A stretch of DNA of 63,919 bases, filler included, from Intoshia linei (lineage: Eukaryota > Animalia > Orthonectida), in the NCBI GenBank assembly GCA_001642005.1. It is 8 parts of 8 records of this genome, joined end to end, with 100 filler letters (N's around TTAATTAATTAA, not from the genome) between each part and the next. Parts side by side here need not be neighbours in the genome. Positions count along the whole stretch, not along the records: positions 4,705 to 26,452 come from LWCA01000630.1; 7 more parts are not named here. One strand, given 5' to 3'. Of this stretch, positions 13,584-26,552 are shown piece after piece. The position numbers were made by a program, and so were the translations under genes. Every line of letters starts with the position of its first letter. Within the stretch, counting starts at the first letter, position 1. The notes below the pieces were generated by a model that was not told where the DNA came from, did no database searches, and saw only the letters and a program-made list of their open reading frames with translations.

Positions 13584-13629
13584 ATTCACAAATTTGTTTA
13601 AAATTTATAATATTTTTATTATGTTGTTG

Positions 13630-13645
13630 GTTGCTAAAACAAACA
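13630..13645. promoter_or_regulatory. putative RFX half X-box plus forkhead site upstream of CFAP47
   Basis: GTTGCTA directly followed by AAACAAACA, about 50 bp upstream of the CFAP47 ATG. Confidence 0.4.
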
Positions 13646-13696
13646 AGGTAGACCGAATTTAAATAACATTAAAAAAATAGGTAAACAAAATTTTAA

Positions 13697-14436
13697 TTAT
13701 TTAATGTATAAATGAAGTACACCATTGACTCGTTTTTTTGATGGTTTAATTATTCGTATTATGACTCCCAATTTTTGCATGAGGTCACTGTTGTTTAGTT
13801 TACAGTTTTTAAAATATTGAATCAAATCTTTCGGTGTCGCAGGCAGTACACGTAAAACTTTTGATACTTCATCTACGTCCAATTTTGAACTAAAAATTAG
13901 TCAATTAATTAATTTTTATAGAATTACGAATCATAATCCAAATTTTTCAATTTATCTTCTTTTTCATTTATCGATTTTTTATCAACTTTTGGTTCTTTAG
14001 AGTTTAAAGTGGGTTTATCATTTTCACCTTCTTTGAATTTTCTTTTTCTGTTTTCTTTTCCATTTGCTGTGTCTATCTGATCGTCCACGTCCATGTCAAT
14101 GTTTTCTCGCTCCGATCTCTAGAAATTAATTTAAAACTAAACAAAACATGATACCTTGAGAAAAGCAAACGATGTAACCTTATCCATGTCTTCAAAATCC
14201 GAAGAAACGTCAGAATCGGCTAAATTATTATGACTAAATATGTGAATTCAATACAAGACATTTCTTCTATATTATTTTCATTAATGTCTGTAGTAATTTT
14301 ATTCTTTTCCGATTTTTTTTTAGTTTTCTTATCTTTCTCTTCGTCAGACAGAGATGAATTTGAATTTATTTCTTGTGCTTCATCTTCCACTGATTTTGGA
14401 ATGTTTTTATTTTTTATTTCATCAGCTTCCAAGTCA
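13697..14436 (-). CDS. GTF2F1: general transcription factor IIF subunit 1 (RAP74), C-terminal half only
   Basis: Four exons: acidic/basic linker, SDVSSDFEDMDKVTSFAFLK, and a C-terminal winged helix LDVDEVSKVLRVLPATPKDLIQYFK...LGVIIRIIKPSKKRVNGVLHLYIK*. Compare human VTEDAVRRYLTRKPMTTKDLLKKF...LAQILKRLNPERKMINDKMHFSLKE. N-terminal exons not found. Confidence 0.8.
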
Positions 14437-14634
14437 CTAAAATTTAACTAATTAATTTAAATAATAAATGATAATAAACAAATGTATACTTAAAATTAAG
14501 GCACTAGCTCTTAACTTTACTGTCATAATGATAATTTAAATAATCTATTCAAGGTATGGCACCTAATACAAAATTCACTTCTTTCGTAATCGATGTTTTG
14601 TTCGAAAAGTTATTAACAGGTGTGTCTGATGTTA

Positions 14635-17247
14635 ACCTGTGTCATTCAAACTAATAAAAATAGCCCATGGATAAATATGAAACTTTTCATTGCGAGGACG
14701 ATGGTGTGATTTAAATTGTTCAACTCTTACAATGACCACCAACTTTTTGCATTTTAAAAATTGAATATTTTAGAAAAATTTTTGAAACGTGAATTTTATA
14801 TTAATATATCGTGATAACAACCGCGTCAATTCATGCGTTCAGTGATTCATAAGGCATCTTTTGGTATGTGTAGGGGTTGTAGAAACTACTTTTTTGTATG
14901 TAAAATGTGAACATTATATTATATTTTAAAATAATATCCATCTACAAAATATACTGAAAACTGAAATAAATCTATTAAATTTTTTTCATTTAGCATAAAA
15001 AAATATATAATATGATTTAACTTTACTTAATGTGATTGAACTCAATTTTCTCAATATATAATATCCACATATTCATTAAATGATATTATAATATATTATT
15101 AATATTTATCAATGATCATTTATTATTGTATTGATGAATCTAATATAATAATATATTCATTAATATTAAAGTAAATTAAACATAAAATCCTGATTTTCAC
15201 GGAACTTATTAATTGAACTCTAGTAATTGATCTTGTCGTATACTTATAATATATAAAAGATGAGCTCTGTAATAATTGACCCTAATCTTGAAAATTGAAA
15301 TATAATTAAACTAGAAATCGGCACCAAGATTGTTTTTAAATTTGTAAACTATGTCAAGATCAATTGAATTACTGTGCTTATAGTTTACTGTGCGTGATAT
15401 TAAATTTGTTTTGAAAATGTCTAGAAATATTTTTTATTTTATTTATTTACTATAAATTAATAATTATAATTAAAAAAATATAACTTTACAACTCTGGTAT
15501 AAATCTTAATGATATGATATTAATGATAATGCTATAAAAATATTTTATATAATATAGATTATGTCTTAATTTAAACCATTGAAAAAAATATCCAGATTAT
15601 GGCCAGGTTATCAAAATTTATTGATGGAATTAAAAACTTTACCAACCATGAAACAAGTCTTAAGAAGAATACATGTGGTGCAACAAATTAACAATAGATA
15701 TAATTTGTCTCAGATAATTCCAATAGTTGTTAGTGAGGTATTTCATTGCTGGACTAAACAAGAACTGCAAATCTGTCATTATCTCAACCTATCATTGTAC
15801 TTGATGTTATGTATAATAAATTCGGAGATGATCGAATGAAACCACCAACACGGAGTGCATTGAATAAACGTACTATAAAAAAGGCGAAAGCAAATAAGCC
15901 ATGTGTAAGTGATTATGGTGTCTTACAATTTACAATTGTTTTGCAATTCGATCGTAAAAAATATTACAATTTATATGGTCAAAAAAGACATATTCTGGTA
16001 ATCTGTTTTGATAAAAAATTGATAGGATTTGTTGAAATACCCAACAAATCCGCATATATTATATCTGAAAAAATATTGTCAATATTAAAACAATATAAAT
16101 TATCTCCTATAAATATAGTCACTGACACTGAGCCTACAAATACAGGATGTAAAAATGGCGTTATCGTTCGATTACAACGAGTATACTCCGATTGCACATA
16201 TTCTCCATGTAAATTACATATCCTTGATCTAATTTTAAAACATCAATTCATTAATATATTCTCCAATGCAACCGTAGGTCCAAATTTTCAATATAAAATC
16301 GTAAATAAATTGCATAATAATTGGAAAACATTTCAAATATTATATAATAACAAAGCAAACTCAAATTTACCATTTTATGATGACCTCCCTAAAGACGAAG
16401 AACGAAGAAGAGATTACTTATTGTTGCTACAATGTGTTAAAGCTGTTCGTTACTTACGTACTACCCATCGGTTTGCAATAATCAATATACCAAATCAGCC
16501 CTTTTCCATTAGCGCGGCAAGATGGAATAGCCGTGCAATATATTCACTTATAGCTGAGTTATGTGGTGAATCTACTGAAAAGATATTCAGTGTAAATACG
16601 TTCATTATACATTATTGGTCCATTGAATGGTTTGAAGTAAGATCATTCATAAACTAGAACAAATTAATAAACTGTCAAATAATATGTAATTTACCCAAAA
16701 ACGTTCTAGTAAAAAATAATTTGACCGGCTTTGATTTAAATCCTTGCACAAATGAATTAGGTGAAAGGGTGTTTAGAATGGGCAATGAAAAAATACACCA
16801 CTCTAAATCACTTCAAAATTTGGAACACGTTTTGATTAGATATTTCAATGACCCTGAAATGAGATTAAACTAAAGAATTAAATATTGTAAATTTATTCTA
16901 TGTAAAATTATATTTATTTTCTTATATATACATCTTAAAGTAATTTTTGTGGTGATTTCGCTATATTATTTTTTTATTTTAAATCTTTATCTGATAGAGA
17001 AAAATTTAATTTACATTATAGCACAAAATTAATTATGAATTATTTAATTTCATAAGCTTTAATTATAAATTTAGTATGAATTTTGACACTATTTTCATTT
17101 TTTTAAAGGACATTTAGGGCAAAAGTCTTTGGTCTTTTTTGATTTCAAATATTTTCAAATGGATATTCGTAACATACACAAAATTGCTCATCTTTTCCCG
17201 TGGGCTATTTTTTGTTTACTCAAAAAAAGGTGTTTTTGGACACAGGT
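14635..17247 (+). mobile_element. 2.6-kb DNA transposon with terminal inverted repeats and a hATm-like transposase
   Basis: TA-ACCTGTGTC at the left end, GACACAGGT-TA at the right; subterminal AAAAATAGCCCA inverted at both ends; transposase inside. Confidence 0.75.
15561..16873 (+). pseudogene. DDE transposase (hATm-like) with a frameshift near 15810 and a nonsense TAG at 16655
   Basis: LQFD...VTDTEPTNTGCKNGV...PCKLHILD...ARWNSRAIY. The frame continues past the TAG to PCTNELGERVFR and TAA at 16873. Confidence 0.75.
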
Positions 17248-17253
17248 TAGTAA

Positions 17254-20200
17254 TCATATATTCACATTATGGAAATCATTTATTGTAAAAAACCCGTTTG
17301 TATAAACTTCAGGAGTCTAATATGTGTCAATTTTTAGATTACTTTTAGAGTTGGTGGAATTTTTTCACATTTTGGTCCAATCAGAGTTAAATATTTTAAA
17401 TATTGAGCAGGCGTACCATAATTACATTCCAAGGATGCTCGAATATAATATCGTATCCAAGCGTATTCACTTTCGTAAGAATAAGGTAACTCTATAAATG
17501 GAAGGACGATTGTAAAGTGGTATGCATTTTTTCCTTGTTCAATAACAAATGCGTGTTTATATATCGAGCCACGTCTGCCTATTATGATAATATATTACAA
17601 AATACAAATTTTTAATAAAATCATGAGCTGTTTTTCATCACTATCTATTTTAGATTTACCTAAATTTTTTTTGTTTTTATTTTGATTAATGTAAATTTTT
17701 CTGTCTATTAAATAACGTTCTTCACAAATTTTTCTATTATCTTTTTTCTTTTTTATTTGCCACGCCAAATGAATTTTTCCACGTAGAATAATTTTTATAG
17801 CTAAATAAATTTATTATTTTAAATTTATGTTTAAAAATACAAATAACCAATTATTTCTAATTAGTCTATAGTTAAAAATATAGATTATAAAAATGTAATT
17901 TCATTTAAATTTTAAAACACAAAAAAATTTTATTTTATAAATTAACGCCATTTAAATAATAAATTTGCATAATAATTTAAATAAATAATTCATTTATTAT
18001 CATCATTTCAATTATCATTCAAATAATATTGAAAACATGTATTACTGTTATATATTGATTATATCAAAAAATAATACTGTCAAAATAATGGTTTCCAATA
18101 GATCACGATTTGCATAATAAATTAATTTAATAAAATCTAAAATTTTACAATGCTAATTAAGTTTATTTTTTACAATGTACAATCTAGTAAAGCGGATCCC
18201 AAATGGGGTACTGAAAGCCAAACTAAGATCTCAAAAATTATGTTGGTTAATTAAAATAAATAAAATAAAACTGGATATTGTGTAATAACTCGATAACCAT
18301 GGAAATGTCATTATATCTCATTTTCCACTCGAATAAAGCTCAATTTTAATTTTTACATGATACATTTCAAATGGCAAACTCAACTCGAATAGATCGCATT
18401 GAATGTTTTTGATTGCGAAATAGTTTTTCTATTTTAAAAATAAACATCTTTAGTGTTAATTTCCATCAAATGTTAATAATTTCCAAAAAATGGAAATTAG
18501 TAGACGTTCAATGCACATTTTTTTTGAAATTGTAGGATCAATATTTACATTTTGAATTTTTATTTTAATCGAAATATTTGAAAAATATTGGTTGATAATA
18601 TATTAAAAGTATTTTTCACCCGGGAATGCGTAGATTTCTCGGGTTGAAATTTTGTATTTATATCAACTGAAATAAGCTCTATCAGAATAATCTTTTTTTT
18701 AATTTTCTGATTCAAATTGATTTCTGATTTTCTAATTAATCATTTTTTGTTTGAATAAAAATATTTCGGAAAAAATATATATGAATACTAAAATGCTTTT
18801 TTGACGGTGAAGTCGTCACTTATTCGGGTTGAAATTTTTTGTGTGTGTTAACAGGATACAACTGTACCACCTGTAAATTTTTTAATTCTAGGACTGTTTT
18901 CATTAAAAAAAGAAGAGTAATTTGGGGTTTTGGCCGTGAAGATATAATTTTTTTAAATTTACATGTATGATAATGTTTATGATTTTAAAATCAGTATCAG
19001 CGTATATATTTTTTTGAATTCTCCAATTCGTTTGATTTTCAAAAAGAGGGACAATTGGGGTTTTTGACCTTAAGATGTGAGTTTAAAAACTTGAAATATA
19101 TCTTATTATCACTCTCGGAAAAAACTATAATTGACATGTAATTTTATAAAATTATAAGACACGTAGTTACTTAAATAAAGTGGAACAAACACACACAAAC
19201 AAAAATCGCGTAGCATATTATTAATATATAAGTAACGATTTATTGTATCATAATAAAAAATGGAAAGTTATTGTTTAATTTGACATAACTTAAAACTTAT
19301 AAGAATGGCAATCATTTGGGATCATATCACTTGAGACACGTTTATTCATTATAACAATTACTATTCTCATTTCGATCATTTGATTATTTTATGTCTCTGA
19401 TGGTTCAAAAAATTTTTATTTTCATTTAATATAAAATTTGTATCAGGGTGATTACAATACGGCAGTGCACAACCATATGGGTATCTCAAACATTTTGAAA
19501 AGATTAAAAATTTGCTTTTTTAATAAAATATTGACAAAAATTCAAAAACTTAAAAAATTATTGGGTTTGTTTATAATTGTGTAATAATAACAACTAATAC
19601 ATTATAATATATTTTTTATGAAGCTTACAATACTCACTGTGGCGACTCTGACTCAAAAGCCTTACTCGTGCTCACTATCGTGTTACCATATAAATTTTTT
19701 GTAGGTAAATTATTATTAATAAAATATACAAAATGGGAAACTTAAATAGTTTAGTAACGAACTCGACTTACACTTAATTTTTATTTACTCATATATTCTA
19801 ATAGTCTTGGTTTTATATCACATTCATGCAGTATTTTTGTGTGTAATACATGCCTATTTTCTAAATCTTTTAGTAATTCCTTCTATATTGGTATTCTCGA
19901 CAGTCATTGTTGGCAATGGTACACCTCAAGTGAGATCTAATTGTAAAGTAGAAAAAATTCTTTCATTCCGTAAAGTAACAGGAATAGTAATTACTTAATT
20001 AATTATAATTATCATTGTAGTGATATATCGCTATCATATAATTGAGATTCGAATATATAATTTTAATATAACTCACTTGTGATGTCTAACTGGCAAAGTG
20101 GTTATAGTCATATAATTGTATTCTGTGTGGCTAGGTTCGAATCGAGATCTTTTTATTTAAGATGAACTTATCAGAGTTCTTATCTGCCAATCGTTACAAT

Positions 20201-23200
20201 ATTTTGATCAGTTTTACACTTTTAGTTAGAGTTGTTAATATTTAATACTTAGTCTATTAGTATTTTGAGGTAATACACTGAGTAATATTTACTGATATTA
20301 AATTTTAAAAAAAATATTTGTGCTGAGCACGAGTAGCACGAATAGCACGAGGTGGAGAGTCGCAGATGAAACTATATCTATAATTCTCCATGAAAACTTA
20401 TGAAACTTATTTTTATAGTGTTGAAATTATGGTGCAAAAATAAGATTAATATTATACACACTTTCATTATGTTCGCAGATATGTGATGTTGTTAAGGCAA
20501 TTTTTGACATGGGAAAATTAGGGTGTTCTATAAATTGTTTAAAATGAAATTAAATAACTAATAATTAAAAATATCAAATATTCATCACTATTAATAATAC
20601 ATAGTTTATACATATTTTGTATTTAAAATCAATATAATAATTAATTAATAAATAATTTGATGAAATAAGATAGACGTGATAAATTAAATTAAATGTGTAT
20701 ATGGGTAGAAATTTTTCCCGTCAAAATTTAATTATTAGAAATTGAAATACATTGTAATGTACATTGTGTAAAGTGAAAATCAAACATGATATTATTAATG
20801 GATTTATTGTTTTTATAACTCTTATCTATATGGTACAAGTAGCATCAGATTAATAGGTTTGATAAATCTTAATTATACAGTACTAATTGATACCAAGAAC
20901 CCACACTAAAAAATAAAGTTGTAGAATATTATACAATTGAAATGGTTAAGTGCTGACTAATAATTATTAGTAACATTTATAATTGAATTATCACTAACTC
21001 TATTTTGTTCGTTATATAAATTATACCGAATGGAAAGATACATAATAAAAATTAGTGAATTCCCACATTGAAGAAATAGCTTAATTAATTAAATAATATT
21101 AGTATAAATTTAATTACAAAAAAATTTATCTCGACGAAATTTTTTTTTAAAATGCTGGCCTCATTTTTTCAAATTGAGCATTAAAAACATTATATTCTTG
21201 AATAACATAAAAATTTTGTGTGATAAATTTAAAATATCAAGTAAATGTCTTTAGATAGGTCGTTTTGGCTATATGGCTATTATGGTATTAACTTTTAAAA
21301 CTTTTCACAATTAAAAAAAAAAGTATATTTTAATATCTGGGGTTTTTTGCTATGCTGAAAAAAAAATTTTAATTATGCCGATACCTAGTGTTAAACCAAT
21401 AATAAAAAGATGGGGAATCTTACTTTGTTAGACACAAACCAAGATCAGGTTGGCCAATTAACATAAACGATATAGGAATGTCCATAATACTGAGATCAAT
21501 TATATTTAATACTTAAAGATGGATTTTAAAGAAATTTTGAAAAAATGAAGCCTGATTTGAAAAACAAATTAATTGGATTGTGTTTACAAATCAACTATTT
21601 CACTAGTAATTACAAAAATGTAATTGAAAGCATTTGTAGTACTACGAAAATTACTTCTCAGTGAAAAGAATATTAAAAAGTTGATGCTTTTTTTCTTAAA
21701 ACATTTAAATATACACAATTCTTAATGGTTTTGTGTTATTTCAACAGATGAAACAAAAATAGAATTATCTGGACATAATACGAAGCTATTCGAGTGGCGT
21801 AGGTGAAATTATGGGTTGAAAAAAAATAATATAGAACCCACTGTTAAATATGGGAATGAAAGTCTGATGTTCTCGGGCTGTTTTAGTATAAAGGGAGTTG
21901 GATCACTCGTCAAAATAAATTGTCATATCAATAATGAAAGTTAAATAAAAATGTTATCAGAAAACTTGGAAAAATCGGAAAAAAGTCCTTAATTACACTA
22001 GACAACAAAATGAAAACTTTTTTCAAGGATCTGCATGAGACCCATACAAATATAAAGCTGAAATTTTGCTGATCAACATAATACTTCTCTTTTTAATTTT
22101 ACAGTTCGCTATCAAAAGATAATGATTGACAACATCATAGCAACTAAGCTATTTCAATTAATTTTAGTTTCTTAATTTTTAATTTAATTATAGTATATAA
22201 TGAGATAATTAAATTAAATATCAATACATATGGAATTGATAGCAGATAATTACATAATCACATTTAAATTAAAAAGAAATGAATATTAAATAAATCACAG
22301 GCGCTTTAACAGGATGCACATCTGATATGAGTTATAATGAACCTTTTAACAATACATTCTAGTGTTTAAATCCAGATTTACGGAAAAGATTTAGTTCGAT
22401 ATTTTTAGCTATTGATATTTAAAAAACATATACTAATAAATTTAATTTTTTTTCTGTAATAATAATTGGTTGATTTGATTATTTCTCAGTATACATTGAA
22501 ACAACTGTTTCTTGAAATGATAATGGCTGGGATGATGACACTAAATTATATACTAATATTGGAATTGGTAAAGTTTTGGTGGCCGAATAAGAGTAAAGGC
22601 TTAATTTATTTGTTTGTTTTCTTCTTTTCAGTATACAGAAATAGCAGTCATTCGCACTTTCTGAATTTTTCCATATTCTAGGTGTCACAAATCTCTTTTT
22701 AAATCTCATTATAGACGAATGGCACGTTTGATATAGATTTGAGGGATTTCAAAGTTGATGCTCGTACATTAAACTGTATATTTGCATTATCAAATTTTTA
22801 CATTTATTAGTTATAAAGTAACATTTTTTAGTGTTTGGAAAATATATACACATCAAAAGCAATAATATGTTTCGTTTATTTCGTAGAAATGCATTTTAAA
22901 TTAATAAATAAATATTCAAACTTAAAAAACTTCACCTTTTTTAAAGTAAACATTATTTTGAATGATATAATTGGTCAATTTTAGAATTGAAGTGAAACTT
23001 TGTTATATTTTTTTTAACTTTAAAAGTGTTAATAAATCGGTTATATGAACTATAACTTATAAATATATTATATCATTAAAATCAGCGCTAGATTATCCAC
23101 AAGATGGTATTATTTTTATGCAGATGTATTTTTCATTGTTGTCTAGTGTTCTATAAAAAATTTGAAGAAACAAAATAAAAAAATAACTAGAAAATGATCC

Positions 23201-24053
23201 CAAACATACATTGAATAAAACAAGAATGTGGATTGGTTCCAAACAAATCGAGGTATTATAATGGCTCTTCTAATTAATCTGGTCTAAATTTTATAGACCA
23301 TAACTGAAATTTACTGAAAAAAACGATATGCAAGAAAAAGTGGTCATATTAAATGTTAGAACGTGTTTGTAGACTTTTGCAACAATATTATTATTCCTAA
23401 TATCATTTTTCGGTGATATATAAACATTCTATGGATATTTTTCAAATTTTTTACACTTTTGATTCATTTTTAGTTATTGCGCGAACAAAATTTTTTTAAT
23501 TTAATCTGTATTACAATTGTTTCATCAAAAAGTGGGTATATGTAGAGTTTTCCAACGCATAGTACGTCTCGGGCAAATTTGGATTAACAAAAAAGAGATT
23601 GAAAGATCTCTTGAAAGTTTTAGCAGGTCCATACTATAAACTCTATATGATGCAGTTTAATTAACAGATAAAATTTATTAAGCTTATTCACTCTTCCATC
23701 CATCTATATTGAATTGAAGTGATTGGTACAATTTGATGGATCAAATTATAACTGCTTTGAGGCTAAAATCAACTTAAACTGTCAACTTGCAAATTTATAC
23801 TAAAAGATTAACGACAGAGATGTATTGCTAATAAATGTAATAAAACCAGCTAAACTGAAACAACCCTTAAATATCATGGTATCAATTGTTAATTAAAATA
23901 TAAAATATCATTAAATGATACAATTAATTCAAAAATATTACCTTTTATATACAAAGTATTGGATGCATTGATGATAACATTACCACGTATTTTGTCCCCT
24001 GGAAAATAAACCTTTTTTTCAAGTTCAATTTCAACGGATCTTATATAATCCAT
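17254..24053 (-). CDS. alpha-arrestin (ARRDC-like), Arrestin_N domain only
   Basis: Exon 1 24053-23942: MDYIRSVEIELEKKVYFPGDKIRGNVIINASNTLYIK. After a 6.1-kb intron, exons from 17800: AIKIILRGKIHLAW...EERYLID...GKNAYHFTIVLPFIELPYSYESEYAWIRYYIRASLE...KYLTLIGP, then TPEVYTNGFF... No Arrestin_C seen. Confidence 0.85.
18498..19239 (-). mobile_element. non-autonomous Helitron copy (5' half) in the arrestin intron
   Basis: Minus strand starts A|TCGTTACTTATAT...GCTACGCGATTTTTGTTTGTGTGTG, followed by the family body. Confidence 0.75.
19637..20370. mobile_element. degenerate hAT-type MITE
   Basis: gtggcgactct at the left and agagtcgcagatg at the right resemble the terminus agagtcgccactg at 62240-62252; gcacga subterminal repeats. 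Confidence 0.4.
21330..23385 (+). pseudogene. Tc1-like transposase remnant split by a nested insertion
   Basis: STDETKIELSG...PTVKYGNESLMFSGCFS..GVGSLVKI before 21995; ENDPKHT...W...GLNFID after 23149. Confidence 0.75.
21996..23148 (-). mobile_element. Chapaev3-like (CMC) element, internally deleted, nested in Tc1
   Basis: TIR CACTAGACAACAA at both ends; flanks TTA/TTC; minus-strand remnant FVTPRIWKNSESANDCYFC matches the Chapaev P.VWREP...DCYFC motif. Confidence 0.7.
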
Positions 24054-24722
24054 GTAAAAATGAATCTAGGTAAAATTTAAAAGAAATGATAAAATGATTT
24101 AACAAATGTTTGTATCGATTTACAAGCTATATATATTTTTCATGTAAATTTTTTCGTTATCATGCGTAATTATATATTTAATGACATTACATTCGATAAA
24201 ATTATATTTTATTAATAACTCACGCCCGAAATATTGTGTATAATTTAATTATACATGTAATTATGGGTCTTTTAAGCAACACTTTGGAATTTTGTAATAC
24301 TAAGTTGAAGTTACAGCCAGCAGTGTTGTGACATATTTAGCTAATTTTTAAAATATATCTGAATCGATTATTCAAGTATCAATTTATACATATAATCATA
24401 ATTTACTAAATTGTATTTTAGTGTGTACCATCAAATTACAAATTATTTCATTTATATACGTATTCACTGGATTATAAAGAGTCTCATTATTTGACTAATC
24501 ATAGATCAAATATATAATTGTTATTATCATTAAACTTTCAATATCTTTCTGTAATTGTATGATGCTCATTACAGCATTCGTCAGGGTATAACTACATTGT
24601 ATAAAAACGTTACACCAGTATATACATTATTATAAATAATAGTAGATTTCATAATATATGAGATGCATTGGATGTACGATAAAAGGAATCAATATATTCA
24701 TTTCTTAATATATATACTAGTA

Positions 24723-25323
24723 CAGTGATGGCAAAGTACGTGTTTGCGTGTAAAAAATATACACTTGACATTTTTTTTTACACACTTGAAAAAATATATA
24801 AGTTCACTTCAAATAAAAAATATTACTAAAATAAGTGAGATCAGAAATTGAAGTAATAGAACGAAATAGACTTACAAAATCATTTGAAGATGTTACCTAC
24901 TTTGACCAATCAAATATGTTATTAGAAGTTTGGAATTCTATGCCTAAAACAATTCATAGTCTGAAATCTCTAGCTAAAGCTATATTAACTATATTTTCAC
25001 CTACATATTATTGTCAATTGTTATTTTCCACATTGAATAATGTTAAAAATCATAAAAGAAATAGACTTCACGATAAAACTAGTTTGGCTTGTGTAGCGTT
25101 AAAATCAACAAGTTATGAACTTCCCATTGAAAAACTTGCAGCCCAATTTTTTAAATCTAAATAAATGTAAAAATTATTTTTTTAATTCATTTTCCATCAA
25201 GTTGTTCGACTTAATTGACGGTTTTGATTGACCTAATATTTTTTTAATAAAAACACTTAAAAAAAAATTTCTGAAAATAGCATTAAATTTAACACACTTA
25301 GTTTTAGTTGGCTGCCATCACTG
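24723..25323 (+). mobile_element. internally deleted hAT element with a perfect 8-bp TSD
   Basis: TACTAGTA|CAGTGATGGCA...TGCCATCACTG|TACTAGTA. ORF 24835-25164 is the hAT dimerisation region (LTIFSPTYYCQLLFS...KRNRL). Confidence 0.9.
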
Positions 25324-26552
25324 TACTAGTATATTTTATATGTAATAATATTGATACCTCTTTAATGTTGAAGTAAGTTTAATTGTAATAATGATTTACA
25401 TTTATAGATTTTATAACATTACATAATGAGACTTATTATGTATAGTTGCATCAATCCAATCGAATATTACATTTATCTATACATTTATTTTATCTGTAGC
25501 AAGATAATCTAAATGTCAAGAGATATAATGACATAAAAGCATTTGTGCAGTCTCTAGAGCATTTTATGAAAAATTAGATTAAATAAAATGAAAATAAGCA
25601 ATTTCATCATTCAGAAACTCATATTATAGAAATTCAAATAAATACTATTTTAAACATGAATATTTGTAATTGTGCAATGAACCTAAAGAAGTTAATCACA
25701 TTTGGATAACACAATCATGAAATACAAAAATCTGAATTGTTTTTAATCTTGAAATTCTAAAAGCGTTAGTTTTCTCCATAGAAGCGCTCAGAGGACTGAA
25801 TGATGTTGAGAGTAATATTTATTTACCAGTGAGGGTCGTGGACAAATGGTTTGAGTCGGCCCTGCATAAAATGTGTACTGTGTACACTAGGGGTATTTTT
25901 TTTTTCTAATATAAAAATAACACATATGGAAAATGAGTGCCGCTTAATTTGCTGCAGAATGATATTAATATTTTTAATTTTTATACATTAAAACCACCGC
26001 GTCTTGAAGGTTAAAGTTTCATTTTATTATTTCTAATTTAGTATTGAAAATTTTAATAATCTAATGTTGTGTTAATTAATTCAAATAATACCAATTTTCA
26101 ATTTATCTGAATTTGTAAAACTTTTAAAAATATCAAATATGAAATGATTTCATCATTTGAAAGTTTACAAGAAATATTTTCATATTTTGTTAAATCAAAC
26201 GGTATATTAAATAAACAATTAATTAAACACAGTAGTTTCATCTGTTAGATTTTTTTGCAAATTATACAATCTGTAATTCTAAATAATAGCAATTATTTTT
26301 TTCATTAATTTAATTGTTCATTATTGAAAATCTTGATTAACATATTCTAACTTATATAACTGGCTACGCGATTTTTGTTTGTGTGTGTGACTTTATTAAA
26401 ATAACTACCACTCTTAGAATTTTTTAAAGACCACATTTCAATTACAGTTTTTNNNNNNNNNNNNNNNNNNNNNNNNNNNNNNNNNNNNNNNNNNNNTTAA
26501 TTAATTAANNNNNNNNNNNNNNNNNNNNNNNNNNNNNNNNNNNNNNNNNNNN

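Noticed and set aside
16655-16657. In-frame TAG in the transposase as readthrough or recoding
   Set aside because: The element also has a frameshift; a simple TGG-to-TAG nonsense mutation is sufficient.
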